The position numbers and the translations under genes are program-made. 55,887 bases of DNA. Origin: Gammaproteobacteria bacterium (GTDB lineage Bacteria > Pseudomonadota > Gammaproteobacteria > Pseudomonadales > JANQJO01). The DNA is taken from the NCBI GenBank assembly GCA_037380725.1, contig JARRRL010000047.1, forward strand, positions 1 through 55,887, given 5' to 3'. Positions 36,034 through 44,169 of this stretch are shown one piece after another. The first letter of the stretch is position 1. Each line of letters opens with the position of its first letter. The notes under the pieces are model-generated. The model ran no database searches. It was not told where the DNA came from and saw only the letters and a program-made list of their open reading frames with translations.

Positions 36034-37896
36034 TTGACTTTCCAGGACATATCATCACAATGCTACACGTCAAGACTTAGAGACAGCTGGATCACAACCA
36101 CCAGCCGTTTGATGAAATTCAGAAAAATCAAGAGGTTTTTGTTATCTGACATGCCACAAACACCTCCTAACAATGACCCCAACACTCACAGCGCGCCTAA
36201 GAGCATGACAAGCACGACAACACACACCATTGCATCTGAAACGACTGGTCACGATAACAACACAGACGTTCAGCACAATACGAACGATTCGAACACCGTG
36301 AGCGCAGACCTCAGTCCAGCGCCTGCTACGTCTACAGATTCTTCTACGTCTACAGATTCTTCTGCGCCTACAGATTCGTTTTCGTCACGCCCGACAGAAC
36401 CGTTGGCGACGAAACCGACCAAAATGGGGAACTCAGTCTCTCAAAAGCGTGTAAAAACGGGCAGCATCGAACGTCGCTGGACACTGGCGAGAGCCAGCCT
36501 CTTGGCTTGCTCTCGCCTGGCGGCTCGCACCGCACGCGCCTACTGCAGTCCCACTGAAGGCCGACAAAGAGAAATTAGCAAAGCGCTGACCACAGAAGCC
36601 AACTATTTAGTTGGGGAAATTGGCAAACTGAAAGGCAGCGTCGTCAAAGTCGGGCAATTGATGGCGCTTTGGGGTGAACACTATTTACCCAAAGAAATCA
36701 CCAGCGCTTTACACCAATTGGAAGACCAGAACGCCCCATTGGAGTGGTCCGTCATTGAGGCGTGCCTACTGAACGCCCTTGGTCCCAATACATTTAATGA
36801 TTTTGAGTTTGACCCCAACCCCATCGGGGCCGCCAGCTTTGGCCAAGTGCATCGAGGTCGACGTCGCAGCGATGGCAAGGATATTTGCTTCAAAATACAG
36901 TACCCTTGGGTGGCCGACGCCATTGAAGCAGACTTGGCGATCATGACGCAGCTTCTTCGAATTACCCGCATGATTAAATTTTCACGCGATCTCGAACAAT
37001 GGATGTCGGAAGTCACTCGACTGCTGCGTGATGAAGTAAATTACGATTTGGAACTGGCCGCCACGCAGCGCTTTTATGATTACCTGAAAGACGAACCTGG
37101 CTACCACGTTCCCGAAGTCATTCCCAAATATTCATCTCGTACAATCCTGGCCAGTTCCTTTGAGTCTGGCGTCAGCATCAACTCGCCCGAAGTAAAACAA
37201 TTATCGCAAACAAGACGCAACAAGCTGGCTACAGCCAGCTTGTTGTTGTTCTGGCGTGAAATTTTTGATTGGGGAGAAATGCAAACTGACACCAATTTTG
37301 GCAACTACTTCGTGCGCATTGACCAGACGGATCAGCATAATGACGAACTGGTACTGCTCGATTTTGGCGCTACACATCGTTTTGACCCAAGCGTTTTGCA
37401 ATGCGGCTATAAGCTGATCGCGGGGACCTATCTCAATCGCCCACAGTGGGTAGAAGACGCCATACGTCAATTAAATTTTCTTCACCCCAAAACGCCACAG
37501 CGCGTTTACGATGATTTTTTCCGTCTGTGTCGTTTGGCACTAGAACCTTTTCTGGAAACCACCGGAGCACACCACGATGAACAAGGTTGCTACAACTGGT
37601 TAAAATCGAATCTAATCAATCGAATTCTACTCTTCGCCTCTCAAAATGCTCTCTCCACCTCTTTTCAGGTACCGCCGAGAGAGTTAATGTATATTTCGCG
37701 AAAAATCATCGGCGCTTATACATTAATGGGTCTTCTGGATGCCAGAGTCGACATACGTCTCATGCTAAAACCATTCATTGATCGACTGAATTTAAGCGAC
37801 GAGACAATTTCGGGCGTCACGACAACAGGTGAAAACGGAACAGGCGCAATTGCAGCGGACACTAAGAACACGCACACGGATGACAGTGAAAAGTAA
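36034..37896 (+). CDS. ABC1/UbiB-family atypical protein kinase with a long low-complexity N-terminal extension
   Basis: The kinase-like core shows KVGQLMALWGEHYLP, IGAASFGQVHRG, ICFKIQYPWV, DTNFGNYFV and LLDFGATHRF. The start is uncertain: TTG 36034, ATG 36112, ATG 36151, or the internal MGNSVSQKRV.... The upstream ~130 codons are Thr/Ser/Asp/Pro-rich and include an 18-nt x3 repeat at 36328..36381 (TSTDSS TSTDSS APTDSF). Confidence 0.75.
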   Translation: MTFQDISSQCYTSRLRDSWITTTSRLMKFRKIKRFLLSDMPQTPPNNDPNTHSAPKSMTSTTTHTIASETTGHDNNTDVQHNTNDSNTVSADLSPAPATSTDSSTSTDSSAPTDSFSSRPTEPLATKPTKMGNSVSQKRVKTGSIERRWTLARASLLACSRLAARTARAYCSPTEGRQREISKALTTEANYLVGEIGKLKGSVVKVGQLMALWGEHYLPKEITSALHQLEDQNAPLEWSVIEACLLNALGPNTFNDFEFDPNPIGAASFGQVHRGRRRSDGKDICFKIQYPWVADAIEADLAIMTQLLRITRMIKFSRDLEQWMSEVTRLLRDEVNYDLELAATQRFYDYLKDEPGYHVPEVIPKYSSRTILASSFESGVSINSPEVKQLSQTRRNKLATASLLLFWREIFDWGEMQTDTNFGNYFVRIDQTDQHNDELVLLDFGATHRFDPSVLQCGYKLIAGTYLNRPQWVEDAIRQLNFLHPKTPQRVYDDFFRLCRLALEPFLETTGAHHDEQGCYNWLKSNLINRILLFASQNALSTSFQVPPRELMYISRKIIGAYTLMGLLDARVDIRLMLKPFIDRLNLSDETISGVTTTGENGTGAIAADTKNTHTDDSEK

Positions 37897-38200
37897 AAAA
37901 ACGGCATATCTCAAAACAAACTTTTCACACCGACTCACACGACTAGACACTAAAAAACCAAAAGTTTACATCAATCTGTATTTTAAAGTCTTAAAGTGTT
38001 CCAACCACATTTCGGTTTTGGAAATAATAAACGCGCTCAGTCTTTTCTTCTCAAAGTTTCCTCAGTATGATAGGGTCCTTCGCCACCTGTGCGCTGAGTT
38101 CGGTTATACCAATACCCACCAGCCTTACTAACGGCGAAAATAGCGTGATTCGCGTCACGATTGAACATTGAGTGGATCATTTTAAGAAAGGGGGACTACC

Positions 38201-39403
38201 GTGAAAAAACTCAATACCAAGACCCGTATCGTTACAGCGGTTGCGGCAGGTATAGCTAGCGTGGCGCAAGTACCCGCAGTCCTAGCTGACAGCGTTTCAG
38301 TGACTCCGGGTGTAGGCTACTATTCATTCGACAGCGATTTAAAGTACGATGATACCTCCGCACCCTCACTTGGCCTGCAGTATCAGTTTGGCAACAAATT
38401 CGCCGTTGAAGCAAATTACAGCGAATCGGAAGTCGACTTCGAAAATTCCGCAACTGACTTCGATTGGCGCTACGTACGCCTTGACGCCTTTTACCGGTAT
38501 ACTGGCGTCAGCGATAAAATCATTCCTTACCTCGTAGTCGGCGCTGGCGATGCGAAGAGTGAGCTCAATAGTGGCGAAAGCGACAACGAAACTTTGCTGA
38601 ATGCTGGCGCCGGTGTTCAGTTCCTTCTGGATAAAGGTCTATCAATTGTTGCAGACCTCCGTGGGATTAACAGCATTGATGCTGAAAAAACTTCTGGTTT
38701 AGCCAGTCTTGGCCTCTCCTACACCATGGGATTCGGGCAATCTAAAAGCAGCAAAGGCTCTTTTGATATCAGCAAAAACGACAGCTCCGATGCAGACTCT
38801 GATCACGATGGCATTGCCAACAGCGCGGATCAGTGTAACGATACACCTGCTGGCGTTGCGATCGATTCAAACGGTTGCGGTTTAGATGGTGACAACGATG
38901 GCATCGCGGATTATCGCGATGAGTGCGCACAAACGCCCGCCGACATCGAAGTGGATAACGTGGGTTGCCCGAACGACCTGGATCGCGACGGTATCGCCGA
39001 TTACCAAGACCAGTGCCCCGAATCTGCCACCGGTGCGCTCATTGACAAGAGTGGCTGCGCCGTTCAGGTTTCTCAGAATATTCAGTTCCAATTGAATTCC
39101 GCTGAGTTGCCAGAAAACTCAATCGGCAAAGTGGAAGAAATCGCTACGTTCTTGAAGCGTTATGACCAGACTATCGCTATCATAGAAGGTCACTCCGATT
39201 CATCCGGTGAGCAGCAGTATAATGAGAAGCTGTCTAATCTGCGCGCTGCACAGGTAAAACAAATTCTTGTCTCGCAATTCGGTATTGATCCCAAGCGAAT
39301 CAAAACCGAAGCGTACGGCGAATCCAAACCCATTGCCAGCAACGATACCCCAGAGGGGCGCATTTTGAACCGCCGAGTAACCGCAACGGTTACTGCGCAT
39401 TAA
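38201..39403 (+). CDS. OmpA-family outer membrane protein with thrombospondin type-3 repeats
   Basis: GTG start with GGGGGA upstream, and a signal peptide (AAGIASVAQVPAVLA/D). There is an N-terminal beta-barrel region. Four TSP3-like Ca-binding repeats are present (DSDHDGIANSADQC, DGDNDGIADYRDEC, DLDRDGIADYQDQC). The C-terminal OmpA domain shows IEGHSDSSGEQQYNEKLSNLRA...NRRV. Confidence 0.85.
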   Translation: MKKLNTKTRIVTAVAAGIASVAQVPAVLADSVSVTPGVGYYSFDSDLKYDDTSAPSLGLQYQFGNKFAVEANYSESEVDFENSATDFDWRYVRLDAFYRYTGVSDKIIPYLVVGAGDAKSELNSGESDNETLLNAGAGVQFLLDKGLSIVADLRGINSIDAEKTSGLASLGLSYTMGFGQSKSSKGSFDISKNDSSDADSDHDGIANSADQCNDTPAGVAIDSNGCGLDGDNDGIADYRDECAQTPADIEVDNVGCPNDLDRDGIADYQDQCPESATGALIDKSGCAVQVSQNIQFQLNSAELPENSIGKVEEIATFLKRYDQTIAIIEGHSDSSGEQQYNEKLSNLRAAQVKQILVSQFGIDPKRIKTEAYGESKPIASNDTPEGRILNRRVTATVTAH

Positions 39404-39898
39404 TGCGGCCACCTGTACAAAACAAAACTGATCCAAGCTCTTGCCATCCAATTCAGCAACCGCATGAAACGCCGTTTCGACCGGATCGACATAACGAATA
39501 CTCGCTTTTGTCAGCCACAAATCAGCACGTGCACGCATCATTTCAACAAGACGTCGGTCGAGTTCCGTTCGAATTAAGCCCCACCCCGACATCGACATCA
39601 CGGTGTATAGGCTGCCCGCAAATGCTGTCCCGTGGACGTTTCGATTTGGCGGCAACGGCGCAGCCAAAATAAAGCGCTCACGATGAATGGGAAATGCCGT
39701 GATTTCCATTTGTTTACATATTGGAATTTCAGCCCATAAATACTGCGTGAATGCATCCCCCGCCGCGCGAATCTCAGATGTTATGTTTTCATCTGAAAAA
39801 ATGCTATCATCTTGTCCTACTTTATTCACAAGATCACTGTCCTTCCGCTTACGTTCTTCATCCGAAACTGCGCACAAACTCGTGTCACTTGCTGTCAT
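39200..39898 (-). CDS. YiiD_C/PaaI-like thioesterase-fold protein (3' end uncertain; the ORF overlaps the ompA-family gene by 204 nt)
   Basis: 232-aa ORF. The core FTQYLWAEIPICKQMEI...ILAAPLPPNRNVHGTAFAGSLYTVMSMSGWGLI...ADLWLTKASIRYVDPVE resembles putative thioesterases of the YiiD C-terminal type. There is no in-frame stop until 39200, well inside the convergent OmpA-domain coding region. Confidence 0.55.
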   Translation of the reverse strand: MTASDTSLCAVSDEERKRKDSDLVNKVGQDDSIFSDENITSEIRAAGDAFTQYLWAEIPICKQMEITAFPIHRERFILAAPLPPNRNVHGTAFAGSLYTVMSMSGWGLIRTELDRRLVEMMRARADLWLTKASIRYVDPVETAFHAVAELDGKSLDQFCFVQVAALMRSNRCGYSAVQNAPLWGIVAGNGFGFAVRFGFDSLGINTELRDKNLFYLCSAQIRQLLIILLLTG

Positions 39899-40188
39899 CC
39901 CACCCCGCCCCTACTTATAAAAATCCTATTACTTTACACCATACGCCCAAATCAAAATGCGCAATCGTTGCACCCTAAGTCATTGTTCCCCATTTCGCAA
40001 GTTCCCGTTGAACACGCGTGACATAAATGCCGCAAAAACTGATAGACTGGGAACGAAGAATTCACCTGCCGACGCACGCGTGAACCACACGCGGACAGGC
40101 CTGATTTAGATTAATACATATAAAATACAATAGCTTAAACAAATTATTTCGCCCAAACCGCTCTTTCAATAAGCACCGAAAACACAGG

Positions 40189-41181
40189 ATGGGTAACATG
40201 AGCACAAAAAAAGAACTGCCATCCAGTATCAGTAAAAAACGCCAGAAAACGCTCCCGCCCGGTTACGAATGGCAGGCCGTAAGTGCTTGGCGAATCAGTC
40301 AGTTGCAGCCATCCTCTTGCCCGCCGCCGCGTACGCACAGTTACCGCTCCCCCATTCTGACTCACCGAGGAGAAGACTTACACCATAATTTGCGAGATCA
40401 CATTCAGGTCCCCACCGAACAACCACCTTCACGACTTCAGTCCAATACAGACGACACACCCAATTCAATCAATCACATACAGAACACTCGCAGCAAGATG
40501 CGTCTCTTAGAAGATCTCGAAGAACGCTTCTTTTTGACTTTTCGAGGTTTACCAAGTGAGCAGCAAGTTGCACTGCGCGATCGCCTCCAAGAGGCAGATT
40601 TAGCCCTGTTCCACTTTCAACAACAAACCCTCGCCAAGCGTCAATCTACGCTTAGAGAACAAGCCGAACAACGCCAGCTAAGCCACGATGCAAACGCACA
40701 ATGGGAACGGCTCGCTCAGCGACTAAAAGCAATCATCGCTCGCGCACAGGACAAACACAGCCAAGAGAAAAAACAAGATACAGGCAGCGACGACTCACCG
40801 CAATATGCTCTCTCATTCCAATCATGGAGCGCTCTGGTCGAAGCGCTGATTCTGGCGATATCCAGCACAGCGAAATCAGGTCTCAACGCAACCCATTACC
40901 TGCCGCCACTGAGCGCGCCTCCCGGCAACGTTCGCTTACGTCGCCAAATGGCAGCGCGTATAATGCAATCAGAGGCTAAAAAGCAAAGCAAACAACTAAA
41001 AAGGATGCAATGGCTATTACGCCAAGATAAGAAACACAAGCACGCTCAATTTGGTGCGCAACCCACGGAACATAAATCTGAGGCAGACGCCACTTTTTCC
41101 GATTACCCCCCTTCCGAACACTCGTCCTCAGAACACTCACCTTCCGACTACTCGCCTTCAGAACATCCATTTCACCCCTGA
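40189..41181 (+). CDS. hypothetical Gln/Ser-rich coiled-coil protein with a C-terminal PSEH-type repeat
   Basis: 330 aa with no signal peptide or TM segment. The central region is helical, and the C-terminus reads DYPPSEHSSSEHSPSDYSPSEHP. I recognise no family. Confidence 0.55.
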   Translation: MGNMSTKKELPSSISKKRQKTLPPGYEWQAVSAWRISQLQPSSCPPPRTHSYRSPILTHRGEDLHHNLRDHIQVPTEQPPSRLQSNTDDTPNSINHIQNTRSKMRLLEDLEERFFLTFRGLPSEQQVALRDRLQEADLALFHFQQQTLAKRQSTLREQAEQRQLSHDANAQWERLAQRLKAIIARAQDKHSQEKKQDTGSDDSPQYALSFQSWSALVEALILAISSTAKSGLNATHYLPPLSAPPGNVRLRRQMAARIMQSEAKKQSKQLKRMQWLLRQDKKHKHAQFGAQPTEHKSEADATFSDYPPSEHSSSEHSPSDYSPSEHPFHP

Positions 41182-41213
41182 AGCGCACCGCTCCAGGGGC
41201 TTCATGAATCGCT

Positions 41214-41996
41214 TCATGGCGACCAAAAAACATGAATGGGCACACGTTGCTGCGCCAACAGCGCTCGGACAGGCAACGCGCTGTAATCTTGACTATCCAA
41301 GTCGGATAAAGCGTCCTGGTATACGTCCCATTTTTCCTGCCCCGTTATCAACAACACAATACGATGACTGTTTAGTATTTCACGTAGCGTTAACGATAGG
41401 CGTGGCGTATCGGTCTTTGCCGGGTGCACGCCAATACATGGCTCAACACTGGTCAACCCCGTCTGAATTTCTGGGCAATCCGGAAACAAGGACGCAATGT
41501 GTCCATCAGAGCCCATACCCAAAATAGTGAGATTGTAAGGCTTGGATAAAGTGTTCAAGCGTTGTCCCAATACCCTTTCCGCCTCCGACGGATCTTTATG
41601 AGACGTCAACAAAGGCACAAACGCCGCTCGCCCCGCTAATCCCACCAACAGCGACTCCTGAATCAGCTTTTGGTTACTGCGAGGATCCGTTGGCGCGACC
41701 CAACGCTCATCACTTAAGGTGACGACCACTTTAGACCAATCGACATCCATACGCTGCAAACGCGTATAAAGTGGCTTAGGCGTGCCGCCACCGGTCGCCA
41801 CTAGGGTCGCACTACCTTGTTGAATCAACGCTTGCCCTAACTGCCGCACCACAAACTCTGCCAGCGTATCCAGCATCTCATCCGCTTCATCAAAAATATG
41901 CTCGTCAATCCAGTCTCGTTCAAGCGACGTTGACTCGTCTGCCTCTGTGGTGCGCTGAGTGTGGCGCGCATCGGCTTGGGTTTCATCTGTCATCAT
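41214..41996 (-). CDS. pgl: 6-phosphogluconolactonase
   Basis: The likely start is ATGATG at 41996, with GGAG 8 nt upstream. Motifs present are LVATGGGTPKPLY, TLSDERWV, LGMGSDGHIASLFP and ITGQEKW. The track ORF extends to 42068. Confidence 0.85.
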   Translation of the reverse strand: MMTDETQADARHTQRTTEADESTSLERDWIDEHIFDEADEMLDTLAEFVVRQLGQALIQQGSATLVATGGGTPKPLYTRLQRMDVDWSKVVVTLSDERWVAPTDPRSNQKLIQESLLVGLAGRAAFVPLLTSHKDPSEAERVLGQRLNTLSKPYNLTILGMGSDGHIASLFPDCPEIQTGLTSVEPCIGVHPAKTDTPRLSLTLREILNSHRIVLLITGQEKWDVYQDALSDLDSQDYSALPVRALLAQQRVPIHVFWSP

Positions 41997-42354
41997 ATTG
42001 TTCACTCCAGAATAAATCGCTTCGATGTTATGACCATAGCACGTTAAAATATCTGCATTAAAACACACGGTGGACGGAAAGACACACCAGTCGTTGACGC
42101 ACCACCCATAAAGATGCCCTTTCCAGCAACAGATGAAGTTTTTCTGGAAACAAGATCAGAACGCTGTACGCAAATACGCCCCAGCCTGATAGACTGGTGA
42201 AATAGCGACGAGTAAGTCACCAAGTAGGCCACGACCTTGGCTGAACACGAACATCGCGACCACAAACGCCCGACGATCAATATATAACCCACCATGACTG
42301 CTTCACCGCGCAGGTAACAACACAAGCTTGACCCAAGACAACAGTAGGATACGC

Positions 42355-42732
42355 ATGATGACCGCAAAGACAACGTCTGCAAAAAAGCCATTCAAAAATT
42401 CATTTAAACACTCATTTAAACAAAATCCTATTGCCACCATCAATGCCGCTTTGCAACCGTTGGATGAATTGAATTTCTATCTTCGACAGCACAACCTCAG
42501 CCACAACAGCCCACGTCACGTTATCCTCAGTCAGCTGTGGATGTTGCAAGGACGACTGGCGGGTGAGTGGGATCGACTGCAACTACGCAAACACCCCGCT
42601 TGGCTGAGACTATTTCTGGCTCGCCAAGTCCGTATGGTTTGCGCGCTGACGTGTCGACGCGTGCCCAGCAAATGGCGCGATCATATCATTGAAATTGAAA
42701 GAAATTTACTGAATTCGCTGTCTTTAAATTAA
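42355..42732 (+). CDS. hypothetical basic protein
   Basis: The ORF begins at ATG 42355 with AGGA 5 nt upstream; the track start is TTG 42328. Sequence: MMTAKTTSAKKPFKNSFKHSFKQN...QLWMLQGRLAGEWDRLQLRKHPAWLRLF.... I recognise no family. Confidence 0.5.
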   Translation: MMTAKTTSAKKPFKNSFKHSFKQNPIATINAALQPLDELNFYLRQHNLSHNSPRHVILSQLWMLQGRLAGEWDRLQLRKHPAWLRLFLARQVRMVCALTCRRVPSKWRDHIIEIERNLLNSLSLN

Positions 42733-42806
42733 TTATTTTTGTATCAAGGAGTTATCACTAGACGTGCTTGGTACACAGCAGTAGAAAAGCGATCTGTCTT
42801 GCTTTT

Positions 42807-42836
42807 TTTAAGATCAACCGGTTTAAGATCAACCGA
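42807..42836. repeat. 15-nt tandem duplication (tttaagatcaaccgg / tttaagatcaaccga) just 3' of tRNA-Glu
   Basis: Read directly: 42807..42821 and 42822..42836. Confidence 0.85.
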
Positions 42837-42871
42837 CTAGGCAGGTTAAACCAGATAGCCATTATATAAAA

Positions 42872-42947
42872 TGGCGTCCCCTAGGGGATTCGAACCCCTG
42901 TTACCGCCGTGAAAGGGCGATGTCCTAGGCCTCTAGACGAAGGGGAC
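42872..42947 (-). tRNA. tRNA-Glu (anticodon UUC)
   Basis: The reverse complement reads GTCCCCTTCGTCTAGAGGCCTAGGACATCGCCCTTTCACGGCGGTAACAGGGGTTCGAATCCCCTAGGGGACGCCA. It is 76 nt, nearly identical to the E. coli tRNA-Glu as I recall it, with anticodon loop CUUUCAC and an encoded CCA end. Confidence 0.95.
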
Positions 42948-43032
42948 GCAACAGTTCAGGGATCTGTTACCCTGATTGGCGTCTTGGCATCCTCAAAGTG
43001 AAGTTTGCTGCCTCACCTCAAGTAGGCGGCAA

Positions 43033-43061
43033 TTCTATGGCGACCTTAGACCATAGTCAAG
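43033..43061 (-). promoter_or_regulatory. near-consensus sigma70 promoter for tRNA-Glu
   Basis: The minus strand reads TTGACT-17 nt-TAGAAT. The -35 is the complement of 43056..43061 and the -10 is the complement of 43033..43038. An A/T-rich UP-like tract (GAAATTTTTTTATGCC...) lies upstream, and a GC-rich discriminator (TGCCGCC) follows. It sits ~86 nt upstream of the mature tRNA 5' end. Confidence 0.6.
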
Positions 43062-43181
43062 CCTTTTAGTGACATAATGGCATAAAAAAATTTCTCTTCT
43101 CCTTATCCTTTGAAATCTTTAGTGTATGGATCTTTCACAGCAGTACAGAGCGAAAACCAGGACCTCTTGATCGGTCTACAC

Positions 43182-43213
43182 TTATAGCTACTCTTGTTTA
43201 TAGCTACTCTCGT
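43182..43213. repeat. 16-nt tandem duplication (ttatagctactcttgt / ttatagctactctcgt) upstream of the 43289 gene
   Basis: Read directly: 43182..43197 and 43198..43213. Confidence 0.85.
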
Positions 43214-43288
43214 TTATGTTTGTTAGCTTGTGCGATACGCATGCGTTATGGAAACGTGGCTCATCACGTCAAACTTTGGATCTTGCCC

Positions 43289-44068
43289 ATGCCATCAAAT
43301 TGGATCATCCCCATTATGAGTGTTGGCATTGCCGGAATCTTTGCGGCACTGTACATCGTTTCTTCTTTGGAGCGTATTCGCACCAATCGTTCCATCAAAA
43401 TTGGCACCTGGCAAGATCGAGCCCATCGTTTACAACACTTGTTGGCGGCTTCGCCGCCCAATGCTCTAACCCATGCCGTTAAACAAGCTGGGTACACCGA
43501 AATACAACGATGCCTACTCGAGGTTCTCAAGCTCAACAGCCACAACAGCACCGCTCGAAAGCGTCTCACAGAGGTAAATGAAGCTCTGAAAAAACTGCCC
43601 AGCGAGCCCCCCGCTACCCTCAAACTGGATCCCATTCGAACCCTTGATGAACTGAAAGAAGTCCGACAGCAATTGACGAATTTATTTAACTTCGTACATA
43701 TTGCAGCCAAAACCAAACGCCTTGACGTCACAGCCGCTAAACAAGAATTGGACATTCTCAAAAATCTGTTTACCGAAGCCGGCGTATCCTATTACCTTAA
43801 CGCTGCCAAAGCCGAGGAAAACCAGAAAAAATATCACGCCGCTTTACATCATTACAAAATGGCACTAGGCGAATACAAAAAATCCAACACAAACAACCTG
43901 TACAAGGAACACATAACCGCGATACAAAATGCGGTGGCCGATTTGGAGCTTCGTCAACAAGACCTGCAAAACGCCATGTCCCATTCGGCGACCAACAATC
44001 TCCTCGCCTCCGCTGTTGACGAAATGCAAAACGACGAGGACGCCCTGTGGCAAAAGAAAAAATTCTAA
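43289..44068 (+). CDS. hypothetical single-pass membrane protein with a helical/TPR-like cytoplasmic region
   Basis: The TM segment WIIPIMSVGIAGIFAALYIVSSL lies near the N-terminus, and the rest is helical (…YYLNAAKAEENQKKYHAALHHYKMALGEYKK…). The start is uncertain: ATG 43289, ATG 43241 or TTG 43220. It lies directly upstream of the hybrid kinase. Confidence 0.55.
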   Translation: MPSNWIIPIMSVGIAGIFAALYIVSSLERIRTNRSIKIGTWQDRAHRLQHLLAASPPNALTHAVKQAGYTEIQRCLLEVLKLNSHNSTARKRLTEVNEALKKLPSEPPATLKLDPIRTLDELKEVRQQLTNLFNFVHIAAKTKRLDVTAAKQELDILKNLFTEAGVSYYLNAAKAEENQKKYHAALHHYKMALGEYKKSNTNNLYKEHITAIQNAVADLELRQQDLQNAMSHSATNNLLASAVDEMQNDEDALWQKKKF

Positions 44069-44169
44069 TGAGCGATGCGGCTTCGCCACATCGCATACAC
44101 GCAATGAGCACCCGCAACACAATCAAATCAACGCTGTTACCCCTTACCGACAATGACTGAACACAAGAT

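Noticed and set aside
37829-38131. A 100-aa ORF in the ABC1-kinase / ompA spacer.
   Set aside because: It starts inside the kinase 3' end and has a Lys/Thr-rich, low-complexity translation. The region more plausibly serves as the long ompA-type 5' UTR and promoter.
40189-40206. The hypothetical protein starts with MGNMST. The internal MGNSVS of the ABC1 kinase is similar. Both resemble the eukaryotic N-myristoylation motif MGxxxS/T used by some effectors.
   Set aside because: A six-residue motif is far too weak on its own, and the true start codons are uncertain. I record it only as something to test if the proteins prove to be translocated.
42044-42391. A 115-aa minus-strand ORF upstream of pgl.
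   Set aside because: It overlaps the pgl 5' end and the start of the 42355 gene. It is Cys/Ser-rich with no RBS, so it is probably spurious.
40189-44068. Possible genomic island next to tRNA-Glu, made up of orphan genes on both sides.
   Set aside because: I found no integrase, transposase, phage genes or duplicated tRNA 3' end in the window, and pgl (a core gene) sits in the middle. The evidence for an island is insufficient.
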